From the NCBI RefSeq assembly GCF_001194135.2, contig NC_068986.1, positions 43,758,724 through 43,812,832 on the forward strand: DNA of 54,109 nucleotides. Direction: 5' to 3'. A model generated the notes under the pieces. It was given only the letters and a program-made list of their open reading frames with translations. It made no database searches and was not told the DNA's origin. This DNA comes from Octopus bimaculoides. Its lineage: Eukaryota. Made by a program: the position numbers and the translations under genes. Positions 1 through 11,271 of the stretch are shown one piece after another. Position 1 is the stretch's first letter. Each line of letters begins with the position of its first letter.

Positions 1-305
1 CTTCTACTATAGCCTCGGGCCGACCAAAGCCTTGTGGGTGGATTTGGTAGACGGAAACTGAAAGAATCCCGTCGTATATATGTATATATATGTGTATGTG
101 TGTGTTTGTGTGTCTGTGTTTGTCCCCCCAACATCGCTTGACAACCGATGCTGGTGTGTTTACGTCCCCGTAACTTAGCGGTTCGGCATAAGAGACCGAT
201 AGAATAAGTACTAGCCTTCCAAAGAATTTTCCTGGGGTTGATTTGCTCGACTAAAGGCGGTGCTCCAGCATGGCCGCAGTCAAATGACTGAAACAAGTAA
301 AAGAG
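1..305 (+). mobile_element. SINE family A, 3' part (runs off the left edge), with internal (TA)/(TG) microsatellite
   Basis: Same body (ctatagcctcgggccgaccaaagc...ggaaactgaaagaa) and tail (ccagcatggccgcagtcaaatgactgaaacaagtaaaag) as the copies at 11794 and 16545 in this window. Confidence 0.85.
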
Positions 306-330
306 TAAGTACCAATAAGCAACAATTTCA

Positions 331-360
331 TTCCCGGGCAACGCCGGGTGGCTCTGCTAG
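331..360 (+). mobile_element. Helitron-type 3' terminus (GC-rich hairpin + CTAG, followed by T)
   Basis: CCCGG(333-337)-GCAACG-CCGGG(344-348) hairpin, 8-nt spacer, CTAG at 357-360, then T at 361. Confidence 0.6.
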
Positions 361-3030
361 TTAATAATAAATGGTGGTACGCCCTTAAGCGAGCCATAAA
401 ATATGAGTCGATTAGATTTAGTATAGGCATAGCTAAGAAGGAATGTAGAATAGGCGATGGTCTAGTTAAGGAGTTAGAGAAAGCCATGGAGACTAGTAAT
501 GCGGACCAAGTGAAGGCCAAGAGACTGGAACTAAACCAGCACCTCGAAAGCCAACACACGGGAAGCATTATCAGAGCAAAAATTCGTGCAATGGATTGCG
601 AAAGAATCAAAGCTGCCGGATGGGCCAGAGTGGTGGAAGCTCAACGGGGTAATGACTCTATTATTCGGTCTGTGGTGAACCTTCAGGACGTATTGGTAAA
701 CGAACCCGAGATGTGTGAGGCCTTTCAGAAGCACTTCGCCAAGTTTTTCGGGGGTGATGGTGAGCCGCGTGGTGGGGAAGACCTTGAGAGCTTCCTTGCC
801 GGGCTTCCACGCCACTCGGGGCCGAATACGGAGGCTTGTGAGGGGCCGATCTCGACTGGGGAGATAATCGAGGCGTTGGCGAACTGTGGTAGGGGCAAAT
901 CGCCGGGACTTGATGGCCTACCCTATGAATTATATAAAAGTATGCCAGACTTGTTCGGACACCTGTTGGCTTGTGTGTACACGAACTGGCAACAGAATGG
1001 ATGGATCCCCAGATCTGTGCGCCGGGGAGTAGTGACACTGGTCAGGAAGGACCCGANNNNNNNNNNNNNNNNNNNNNNNNNNNNNNNNNNNNNNNNNNNN
1101 NNNNNNNNNNNNNNNNNNNNNNNNNNNNNNNNNNNNNNNNNNNNNNNNNNNNNNNNNNNNNNNNNNNNNNNNNNNNNNNNNNNNNNNNNNNNNNNNNNNN
1201 NNNNNNNNNNNNNNNNNNNNNNNNNNNNNNNNNNNNNNNNNNNNNNNNNNNNNNNNNNNNNNNNNNNNNNNNNNNNNNNNNNNNNNNNNNNNNNNNNNNN
1301 NNNNNNNNNNNNNNNNNNNNNNNNNNNNNNNNNNNNNNNNNNNNNNNNNNNNNNNNNNNNNNNNNNNNNNNNNNNNNNNNNNNNNNNNNNNNNNNNNNNN
1401 NNNNNNNNNNNNNNNNNNNNNNNNNNNNNNNNNNNNNNNNNNNNNNNNNNNNNNNNNNNNNNNNNNNNNNNNNNNNNNNNNNNNNNNNNNNNNNNNNNNN
1501 NNNNNNNNNNNNNNNNNNNNNNNNNNNNNNNNNNNNNNNNNNNNNNNNNNNNNNNNNNNNNNNNNNNNNNNNNNNNNNNNNNNNNNNNNNNNNNNNNNNN
1601 NNNNNNNNNNNNNNNNNNNNNNNNNNNNNNNNNNNNNNNNNNNNNNNNNNNNNNNNNNNNNNNNNNNNNNNNNNNNNNNNNNNNNNNNNNNNNNNNNNNN
1701 NNNNNNNNNNNNNNNNNNNNNNNNNNNNNNNNNNNNNNNNNNNNNNNNNNNNNNNNNNNNNNNNNNNNNNNNNNNNNNNNNNNNNNNNNNNNNNNNNNNN
1801 NNNNNNNNNNNNNNNNNNNNNNNNNNNNNNNNNNNNNNNNNNNNNNNNNNNNNNNNNNNNNNNNNNNNNNNNNNNNNNNNNNNNNNNNNNNNNNNNNNNN
1901 NNNNNNNNNNNNATGCGTTGAGGTTGAGGCATCTTTGGATACTCTTGGATGGTGACCAGGTGTGGTCTCCGTTGGCAAGACAAATGTTCCCCAACTTCGC
2001 CAGTATGAGTGCAAAGGAAGCTTGGTGCTTTCGTAGACCGAGGTTGAGCCTATGGTACACGGAGTGTCGTAAGGCCCTCCTGCTATTCCGACGCTCGGAC
2101 AACGCCGGCAGCGGGGGTTTTACAGCATTCTTTTATAGAGGGTTAGTAGAGGCAGAACGTGACGATGACCTGGGAACGACTCTGGGTCTCGGATTTATTG
2201 AACTCGACAGCCTGTTCTTCCGTACATTCGGGTTGAAGTCGTTGGATAATGTCCAAATGTCTTTGACCTGGAAATGCTATAGAGGAGCCTTGCCCGTTCA
2301 TGATAAACTTGCAAGACATGGAACGCAGATATCACCGACCTGTCCAAGATGCGGGCGAGATAGGGAAACCGTCCCGCACGCTATTGTACGGTGTCCGGAG
2401 GTCTCTGAAATGTGGGTTTACGTGGAACACCTAATGTCAAGTGAAGGAAGAGTACAGTTGTCGGCTGAGTTAATTATAAAAATTGACCCGCCAAGTTTGT
2501 TATCAAACGAAGGTAAGAAATGTTTCCTCATTACAGTAGCAGTAGCGAAAGAGGTTGTGTGGAAGACTAGAATGGAAGGGAACAAGACGGGCACTTTCAT
2601 CTCCAGTCAAGGTCTGGTGAGATATTTTTCTTTTCAACCTCAACGCATTTGAAAAGAAAAATACGAGTGGAGAGAAAGTGTTTGTCGGAGAAAATGTTTC
2701 AATCAAGATGGAAATATGTCGCTCGAGAGTTGCGAGTGAAAGAGTCCAATTGAATACGCCATATGTGTCTTCGAAAGTGTCAGTGGTGGGATGGGGCTCG
2801 TGGGGTCGGAGCGTAACCCAGTCCCCCACTTCATCTGTCTATATTGTTTTGTGTGTTGTTTATTGTAACATCCGATTTTCGATTTTATTATATATTTTTT
2901 AATCACCGAATTTTTAATTGTTTCATATTTTTTGTAACCCCATATGTTTTATCTGACCCCAATCAGATTGTTTGTCCCTTTCTTTCTTTGGCCCCTAGTG
3001 GGTAATAAAGAGATATAAATTCTAATAAAA
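361..3030 (+). mobile_element. L1/Tx1-clade non-LTR retrotransposon, ORF2 (post-endonuclease linker, RT start, C-terminal zinc knuckle) plus 3' UTR; centre lost in N gap
   Basis: NNKWWYALKRAIK linker; KSPGLDGLPYELY and RGVVTLVRKDP at the RT N-terminus; WKCYRGALPV...CPRCGRDRETVPHAIVRCP cysteine motif; frameshift near 2645 continues HLKRKIRVERKCLSEKMFQSRW to TGA 2751-2753; AATAAA at 3004 and 3024. Confidence 0.9.
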
Positions 3031-3534
3031 GAATCTCATTGGCGAGACACTTATAAGATACAAGCAGCAACACCAACATTTGCCTTGATTTGATATATAA
3101 CATATCTTCATACTATGTGGGCTGATTTCCTTCTTGACAAGCTGTTACTATGAGGAATCCTACTCTTTAGGTTGAGGCTTTTCTGAGCTAAAAATGTGAT
3201 ATCGCCTTGATGTAGTTGTTAGTAAGACATATAGTTAGCACGTACGAAATTGGATTCTGGTAGATGATGCAACAACTTTTAATGTTTCTTTCTATATAAT
3301 ATAATACGATACTTACCATTATTTGATGTTGATAGGACTGAGCTGTTTGTTGACATGCCACCGTTAGGATAAATCCTTGTTTTTGTTTTTTTTTTAAATA
3401 ACTTGGATGGTTGAAGTTGTGATGTCGCATTGATCTAATGGTTAGCACTGATATACGATTTACAGTGATGAGGTTCGATTCCATATACAACGTTACAACA
3501 TTTCGTCTCATTTCTCTCTTTCTCATCATATATA

Positions 3535-4076
3535 CGTGGTTATTCAAAACGAATGAACCGATTCCATTACTCAATATTTTAATAAGGAAAGACAATAGAA
3601 AACTCCAGCTAATGTCACAAGTATTTACTCACAATCAACTTTTATTTCTTGTCTTACAAGTGTTCAATGTGGCCCCCACCTGCAGCACGGGCAACATCAA
3701 TGCGATAAGAGAATTCCTCCCAGACGAGTATCAGCATATCATGATATGCTGATACTCAGTTGATCGCTGTTGTTATTCGATGTTTAAGGCCATCAAGGTT
3801 AGCGGCTACCCACTAACCTCGATGACTTTCAAAATCGAATAACAACAGCGATCAACTCAGTGGATCGTGATATGCTGATACGTGTCTGGGATAAATTCTC
3901 TTATCGCATTAATGTTGCCCGTACCGCAGGTGGTGGTGGCCACGTTGAACACTGGTAAGACAGGAAATAAGAGTTGATTGTGAGTAAATACTTGTGATTT
4001 AGCAGGAGTTTTCTATTGTTCTTCCTAATTAAAATATTGCGTAATGAAATCGGTTCATTCTTTTTGAATAACCCTG
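3535..4076. mobile_element. Foldback (almost fully palindromic) Tc1/mariner-derived MITE flanked by TA
   Basis: Arms 3535-3802 and 3813-4076 are reverse complements; TA at 3533-34 and 4077-78; right arm 3821-3958 encodes DDFQNRITTAINSVDRDMLIRVWDKFSYRINVARTAGGGGHVEHW*, resembling a Tc1/mariner transposase C-terminus. Confidence 0.85.
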
Positions 4077-4156
4077 TATATGCGTATGTGTGTTTGTGTG
4101 TGCATATATGTATATATGCATCTATAAATATATATATATTATATATATATATTTAT

Positions 4157-5160
4157 AGATGCATACGCACCAGTCTCCGGAAGGCTCGGAGAATGGTGCG
4201 TTGGAGAGGTAGAGTGGTGGGTTGGTAGGTGAAGGGAAACGGGAGACGGGAGACATTGGGGTGTGTGCAGGGGGAGAGAGCAGATGCACGGTCCACAGAA
4301 CGTGCTCTGTCAAGGGTGGTGTAGATAGGGGTGAGGGGATATCCACTAGGGTGAAGTGGTGAGCCATAAGTTGAGACTGTGTCTCAAAGTCATGGTCGTC
4401 ACTGCAGAGCCTGCGTAGACGGAGGAATTATGAATAAGGGATGGACAGCTTGGTGTGTTTATGGTAGGAGGAGGAGAACTTGAAGTATGAGTATGAGAAG
4501 GCCACTGTTATGCGGCAGTAACTGGCAGAGGAGTGGAATCTGACGCTTTGAAGGTTCGTATTGTGAAGGAAGAATTTACAGTAGTTAAAAACCGAAAGCA
4601 GAATGACAGAGTAAGCTCTCCGTCGGAGAGGCAGGAAAAGAAAAAAGAAGTAGATAAGGAGATTGAAAAGGAGGTCATGAAAGAGGTTAAAAAGAGGAGC
4701 TCGAGAAAAAGGAGACAGTAACAAGGGTACTAGCAAGGAGGAAGCTTTAGGCGATGTAGAAAGACAATAGCAAGAAGAAACAACGACACATACCAAAATG
4801 GAGGAGGATAAAGACAGAGAGAAGGCGCCAAGAGTGGAGCAAGGTAAACAAGCGAGAAGGCCGAGAAAGTACAGATGGAATTTTGTTAACACACAGCACA
4901 GCAACTGAAAGACTGATAACGAAGTTTAAAACTGCTATAAAGGTCAAGTTGCCTACAGATACGTACGGAGAAAATGTGAAAGCCATTGTAATTGATAAAG
5001 GCAGAAACAACAGGTTGAAGGAAATGTGTAACGTTGATCTGCTGGGATTTGCGATGGAGTTTAACCAACTGCTGCTAGTGGTGGAATTAAGCGAACTGGA
5101 AACATTCATAAGATATTTAAAAAAAGTAAAATTACTTTTAAAAAAAAAAAAAAACAAAGA
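4157..5160 (+). pseudogene. Decayed purine-rich coding-like remnant ending in an A-run; possibly a non-LTR ORF1 fragment
   Basis: Broken K/E-rich frames (KEEFTVVKNRK...EKKKEVDKEIEKEVMKEVKK) and A-run near 5138-5153; no diagnostic motif. Confidence 0.25.
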
Positions 5161-5319
5161 GAGAACAAAACGATGCTAGTGGACAAAAAACAGGGGAAAA
5201 ATTATAAACTATGAGTAAAAACGTTCAAATGGTACTGCATGAGGGTGGGGCTCATGCAGCCATTTCCTTTTTTATTTTTATGTAATATTTTTCTCATCTT
5301 TCATTTGTTTTATTTTTTG

Positions 5320-7473
5320 TCCCCCCGTGGTGTTCTGTCTAAGAATTTGTGCAGTGTGGTGTGTGCAGTCACATTTGTGAAGGCATTCGTAGAAGTCATT
5401 GAGAAAAGATACAAGTTTGTTACTGATTTAGTAGTGTTACAACACTGTTGCAGTGTAGTCTATACCCAAACTGCAAGGATATAATAGTGGTGACGAGACA
5501 TTCGAAACTCATTGTGGACGTTCTTAGCATGGAAGACCCATTAGCTTACGTGGTACAGTTGCCACGGAGACTACAACAACAGAAACAGCAACAACAGGTA
5601 CAACAGCAACTACAACAGCTGTTAGAATTATTGTTGCAGTCCAAAAACACCTCAGGTTTGTTTTCGGCAGACGGGGCTGCTAATTCAATTGAAGAATTTC
5701 CTTATAATCCAGAAAAAAGAATTACGTTTTCTGCATATTTCAGAAGGTATGAAAGAATCTTCAAAGAATAATGTAGAAACTGAACGGACGAAAAGAAGAT
5801 ACTTCTTTTAAGGAAATTATCACCCGCAACACATGAGAAGTATTGTAACTACATCCTGCCGAGAAAAGCACCCGAAATTTGTTTCGAGGAAACAATTTTC
5901 CTGTTATCTAAAATATTCAGTGAAAAAAGTCCACTATTTTATATTCACTGGGAGTGCTTGAATTTGATAAAAAAAAAAAAAGAAACTGAAGATTTCGTCA
6001 CGTATGGCGGAAGCGTAAACAGAGAATGTGAAAAATTTAAACTCAACAAATTAACCCCGAACATGTTCAAATGTTTAAAGGCAGAGAGAAGATGCAGAGA
6101 TATGGGCTCGGATATTGACAAAACTAGAACAAGATTCGAAACTAACTCTACAGGCAGTGGCTGAGGAATTCCAAAGGATTATAAATTTACAACAGGATGC
6201 AGAAAAAATTGAAAAAGGTTATTCAAATATACATACGTATATATCCTTGCAGTCTGGGTATAGACTACACTGTAACAGTGTTATAACACTACAAAAACTA
6301 AACCAGTAACAAACACGTCACAAACTTATATCTTTTCTCAACGTCTTCTACGAAAAAAGAAAAACAACTGTCAAGACCCAAACCATGCTACGGGTGTGGA
6401 GAAATACATTTTTAGAAAAGCTATCCTTTTAAAAATCTAAAATGTTTTGGGTGTGGAAAAATCGGACATAAGAATTTACGTTGTTGGTTGAAACAAAAAA
6501 AGTCGAATGAAAATAAATTCGAGAATAAAAGTATTGTCGACACAAATGCAAAGCGAGGCACAAAAAAGAAAATGTGTCTCTATAAAAATAAATAATGTGA
6601 ATATGAGACTACAGTTGGACACAGGTAGTGATATCATGATAATTAACGATGATACAGGGAGAAAAATAGGAAAGCCTACATTGAAAGAAACTTCGAAAAT
6701 TGCGCGTGGTATTTCAGGGAAACAATTACGATTTTTGGACAAAATGATAAGTAAGGTGATATTTCGTAGAAAAACTTTGAAAGCCAAAGTATTAAATAAT
6801 ACGACAAACCTATCTGGCACAGACTGGGCGGAACTATTTAATTTATGGTACCTCCCATAAATATTTTTAGTAAAAATGTAAACGGTTCTTACGCCAGTTC
6901 AAATAAGGCGTCGGAGGATTTAAAAAAGAAATTAAATAATATTTTTCCTAATGTTTTTTCTTTTTTTTTTTGAAGAATTAGGTGGGTGCACCAAGACAAA
7001 AGTAAAATTTCAAGTGAAAGAAAATGCTATACCGGTATTTAAACTGAAGCGAGCTGTACGTTTCGCGGCGTTGAATGAGGTCAACTTGGAGTTATAAAAA
7101 AAATTGGTTATTCAGAATGGACATCCCCAATTGTTTATGTAAAGAAAAAAAATAAAATAGAAGTATTCGCTGACTTTTCAACAGGCTTGAACGAATGTTT
7201 GATGACATACAATTATCCATTACCAAATCCGGAGGAAACTTTTGCGAATCGATTCTTTTTTTCAAAGTTGGACTTGTCAGGGGCGTATTTGCAGTTAGAA
7301 GTGGAGGAGGGAATGTTCGAAAGTATTAACGATAAACACCCATAAAGGTTTATATAAATTCAATCGACTTTTTTTAGGATAAGGTGGCACCTAGTATTTT
7401 CCAACAGGTGATGGACACTATGGTTGCAGATACGGATTTCGCTACAGCTTACTTGGATGACATATTCATAAAG
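5320..7473 (+). mobile_element. Decayed Ty3/Gypsy LTR retrotransposon (Mag/K02A2.6-like): probable 5' LTR, PBS, gag, protease, RT truncated after YLDD
   Basis: gag from ATG 5529 (FSAYFRRYERIFKE, YCNYILP); paired Cys knuckles ~6385-6470 (CYGCGEIH, CFGCGKIGH); protease LDTGSD ~6614; RT EWTSPIV, SKLDLSGAYLQ, APSIFQQVMD, YLDD at 7450-7461; many stops and frameshifts; LTR left boundary approximate. Confidence 0.9.
5488..5497 (+). promoter_or_regulatory. Primer-binding site of the Gypsy element, complementary to tRNA-Ser(GCU) 3' end
   Basis: TGGTGACGAG vs TGGCGACGAG expected for tRNA-Ser(GCU); 9/10, mismatch is a CpG-type C>T; lies 31 nt before the gag ATG. Confidence 0.65.
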
Positions 7474-8794
7474 TATTTTCCATTAAATGCTGCTTCCCGC
7501 TGAGATCCGCATGTTGACAAGTTGATGGATTGGAGGACTCTTGGGACATTATCCTATCAATGGCATTTGTAGCGATCCATACAGTTAAGTCAATGTGGTT
7601 CTACAAGGGTTATTCATTATAGTGAATGATTCGTTATTTGAAAACTGAGGACACAAATTATATGATTTTCTTTTTCTTAATTCTTCTTATAGGTATCTTT
7701 TGGTTTGTGAATCGATATCTAAAAATTAATCGCGACATGAATCCTAGTGAATTATGCCAGATCTAAATAGTATCGCAGATTACATTTTTAAAAATAAATT
7801 TAGGTCAGCAGCATTAGACAGAATGCTGTGAAAAGTTTGCTAAAAACTGTTGTATATCGATTTTTTTAGTTACGGAAACTTTTTGTTTTCAGATTTTATT
7901 CTTGCAGACATACACGCACAATATTTATAAACTTATACACATACATTCAGACAGACAGATACTCAGACAGGGAGACAGATATAGATAGATAGGTGTATAT
8001 GTAGAGAGATAAAACTTACTGCGAAATGGATGCGTGGCGTTCGATCAAATAATAATACAAATAATATATATATATGCATATATACATACATATACGTACA
8101 TACCTACATATATATGTATATACATATAGATGCATATATATGTATAGGACGTCAAAAAAACGTGAACATGAAAAACGAGAACAGGAAAAACAAAAACATG
8201 AAAAACGAGCTTTATTCGAACAAAGACAGAAACAAATAGAGGAACGAGACAGGCAACATAAGAAACAATCCCTTCATCAGCTGTCCCCTGTTTTATCTAC
8301 TCCGCGTTTCGAACGCTTGGGACAAGACGCGTCTTCGAAGGGCTGTTAAGCCATAATGATATATATGTATATATATATATTGGAGAATGTGTAAAATCCT
8401 TGGTAAAGTTAAGTATATTTGAAAAAGGAAAAAGAATGACATCACTGGTAGTTCTAAGCAGTTTAATTTATTATTTCTTTTCTTAATAATATAAACTTTA
8501 CACTTTAATTCTTAGATCTAGTAAGTTCTTTGTTAACTTGAGTGGAGAGACATTTTTTTAATTCCTTGTCAACTTTTTGGAAGAACTTTCTCGCATTCGT
8601 TGTCAAACAGGTCCGAGGATTTGGGGCTTTCTTATTCTATATATGGGATTTGGGTGGGGTTGGGTNNNNNNNNNNNNNNNNNNNNNNNNNNNNNNNNNNN
8701 NNNNNNNNNNNNNNNNNNNNNNNNNNNNNNNNNNNNNNNNNNNNNNNNNNNNNAATCAGTGTGGGGGTGAAAAAGTGTTGATGAATGATAGCCC

Positions 8795-9157
8795 ACGACG
8801 TCAAGGGTTCCAGTTGATCCGATCAACGGAACAGCCTGCTCGTGAAATTAACATGCAAGTGGCTGAGCATTCCACAGACATGTGTACCCTTAACGTAGTT
8901 CTCGGGGATATTCAGCGTGACACAGTGTGACAAGGCTGACCCTTTGAATTACAGGCACAACAGAAACAGGAAGTAAGAGTGAGAGAAAGTTGTGGTGAAA
9001 GAGTACAGCAGGGTTCGCCACCATCGCCTGCAGGAGCCTCGTGGAGCTTTTTAGGTGTTTTCGCTCCAATAAACACTCACAACGCCCTGTCTGGGATTCG
9101 AAACCGCGATCCTATGACCGCTAGTCCACTGCCTTAACCACTGGGCCATTGCGCCTC
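8795..9157 (-). mobile_element. tRNA-derived SINE family B
   Basis: Reverse complement of the copies at 30554 and 38343 (gaggcgcaatggcccagtggttaaggcag...). Confidence 0.9.
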
Positions 9158-9231
9158 AACATGTATGTATGTATGTATGTATGTATGCATGCATGCATGC
9201 ATGCATGTATGTATGTATGTATGTATGTATG

Positions 9232-10225
9232 TACGTAAGGTGCATTCCTACAGTTTTGAGACTTTTTCAGGAAAGCAGTAGTTTCAAAGAAGTACAAAAC
9301 TCTAATCTCTTTCAAAGTAAGATCATCTGACTTCAATGCACCTGTACCGCTCCTGCCACTTCATGAAAACTCCGTAGAACTCCTCCGGAGTAAAGTTATC
9401 CTGGACCTTTGTCATAGCCTCTCAATATTTTCAAGACGATTGTCCCTGAAGCTCTCCTTCAGCTTAGAGAACAACTAGAAGTCACTGGGTGTAAGGTCCC
9501 GACTCTAGTTTGGAGGAACGATTTTGAGGACCATCTCTGTTAAGTAGATGGCTTACAGGATGGAATTGTGGCGCAGGAACCACTGAGCCGAGTAGAAGAT
9601 GCTTGTCTTTTGTAACGGAATCTTTTCCTGTACTCCCTCAAAACCTCCATAAAATACTCCCTGTTAGCCGTCTGGTTGTCGAAAAGGAGAACATCATGAG
9701 CTTCCCGGTGGACTTATTTTGCCTGACCTTCTTGGGTCTGGCGGAGACAGGATACTTCCACTGAGTACTCTTAGTCTCAGGATCAAAACAGTAGATATAG
9801 CTTTCACCACAGATCACCAGAGATTCAAATATTCTTGGAATGGAGATAATGAGCTCAACATTTTCCATACCGTCACCAACACTTTCTTCCTGGACACCCT
9901 GGGATCACCCTAGGAGTCAAACTTTGTGACAAATTTTACAACACCCACTCTAAACTGTATCGTATTGTCTTTATAGACACACGACGGTCTTCATCCAGAA
10001 AATTGTGAACTTTTTCAACCAGCTCTGATGTTCTAATGTCCCTCTCCTCGTTTCCACACTTCTCATTGTTTATCACTTCCACTGTACCGTCCTTGAAACA
10101 GATACTAAGTTCATACAAGTTAAAAAACAGATACTAAGTTCATACAAGTTAATCTATATGCAATCTGGAGCATATCATAAGTTTCTGTAGCGTTTTTGCT
10201 TAGTTTAACACAAAACTTTGACATA
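9232..10225 (-). mobile_element. Decayed mariner transposon (one TIR plus transposase pseudogene)
   Basis: Minus strand LVICGESYIYCFDPETKSTQWKYPVSARPKKVRQNKSTGKLMM (TGDESWIYxYDPETK...QW-like), DLTPSDF motif; TIR-like TACGTAAGGTGCATTCC...GAGACTTTTT at 9232; 29-nt-period duplication 10096-10152. Confidence 0.8.
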
Positions 10226-10229
10226 GCGA

Positions 10230-10440
10230 TTGCTAGCCACTAAACCTTTTTCTATTTTCTCTCCCTGTTTATTTCTGTGTTCTTTTCTGTCGAAGAGCGT
10301 AGGCTCGAAACGCAAAAGACTTTCTCACTTTCCGAGCGTTAAACTAATACATCTGTTTGTTGTTTACGCACCCGTCTTCATCTTTTATTTATTTATTTAT
10401 TTATTTATTTATTTTTGTAAATTCTTCTATATTTTCTTCA
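10230..10440 (+). mobile_element. ~200-bp non-coding repeat (PLE pseudo-LTR-like) carrying a hammerhead-like motif; second copy at ~36890-37050 (-)
   Basis: Shared gtcgaagagcgtaggctcgaaacg and aaactaatac...gttgtt blocks in both copies. Confidence 0.6.
10283..10318 (+). ncRNA. Hammerhead-like motif, CUGUCGA core variant, cleavage triplet mutated (GCA)
   Basis: TTTT-CTGTCGA-A-GAGC(GTAG)GCTC-GAAAC-GCA-AAAG. Confidence 0.45.
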
Positions 10441-10670
10441 CGTCCTACCTACATTGTGAAAAGTTGTTAAGCTGTGACCAGCATTGTTTAGTTCAGTGTG
10501 TAAAAAAAGGTTGTGACAGCCGTCTCCTTCAATCTGGAATAAAAAGTTGGCGGGTCAGTTTATTAGATGTACCATAATAATATACTAAAATTACAATAAA
10601 TTAAATAGTTATAACTGGCTAAAAGAGTCTAGCCTTCCGGAACACACCTTGTGTATATATATATATATAT

Positions 10671-10748
10671 GATAGTGGCACAACAATGCACCAATATGTA
10701 CTGGAAATAACAGTCGATAATATACGACGCTATAGTAAAGCTTCACTG

Positions 10749-10805
<57 letters not shown>

Positions 10806-11219
10806 TGGCAAAAATGTTTGCGGGCAGCGAACATAAATATTTCATCTTACCTATAGGAAGAACATTAAATAGATGTACAACCCAGATGTGGATAATCTAG
10901 GACCTAGGTTTCGAACATTCCAAATTACGTTTGTTAACGTAAATTTGATTAGTTCTCTTCGGCTAGATTCACCGAGACAAAATTTGAAATGTCGCTACAT
11001 CAATGCCAGCATTACTCGTCTGAACACCTAGCAGTTAACAGACCTAGAACAGTGAAAAAGTTTTCAAAGAAAAACCTATTAAATAGTGCAATACAATTGT
11101 ATTGCTTCCCAGCAAAACAAAGCTCCATCAGGTTAAAGAATAAATATAGGATAGCGGTACAACAATGCACCAATATTTACTGGAAATAACAGTCGATAAT
11201 ATACGACGCTATAGTAAAG
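10671..11219 (-). mobile_element. ~480-bp-period hammerhead-containing element with 70-bp direct terminal repeats, embedded in (TA)n (retrozyme or PLE pseudo-LTR-like)
   Basis: 10671-10740 and 11150-11219 match 67/70; hammerhead at 10894-10969 lies between them. Confidence 0.55.
10894..10969 (-). ncRNA. Type-I hammerhead ribozyme motif with palindromic helix III and extended helix II (U4C core variant)
   Basis: Minus strand: AAUCUAG-CCGAAGA-GAAC...GUUC-GAAAC-CUAG-GUC-CUAGAUU; 7-bp helix I, GUC triplet. Confidence 0.7.
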
Positions 11220-11227
11220 ATAAATAG

Positions 11228-11271
<44 letters not shown>

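Noticed and set aside
923-2102. Long ORFs spanning N gaps (also 29241-29704, 47020-47692, 48944-49688)
   Set aside because: Length is an artefact of N runs; only the LINE frames have protein motifs.
3030-3330. Possible GIY-YIG remnant on the minus strand
   Set aside because: Too degraded to assign by eye.
8290-8350. Minus-strand ...CTTCGAAGACGC...GCGTTCGAAACGCGG as a hammerhead
   Set aside because: Core and cleavage triplet too corrupted to support, although the context looks PLE pseudo-LTR-like.
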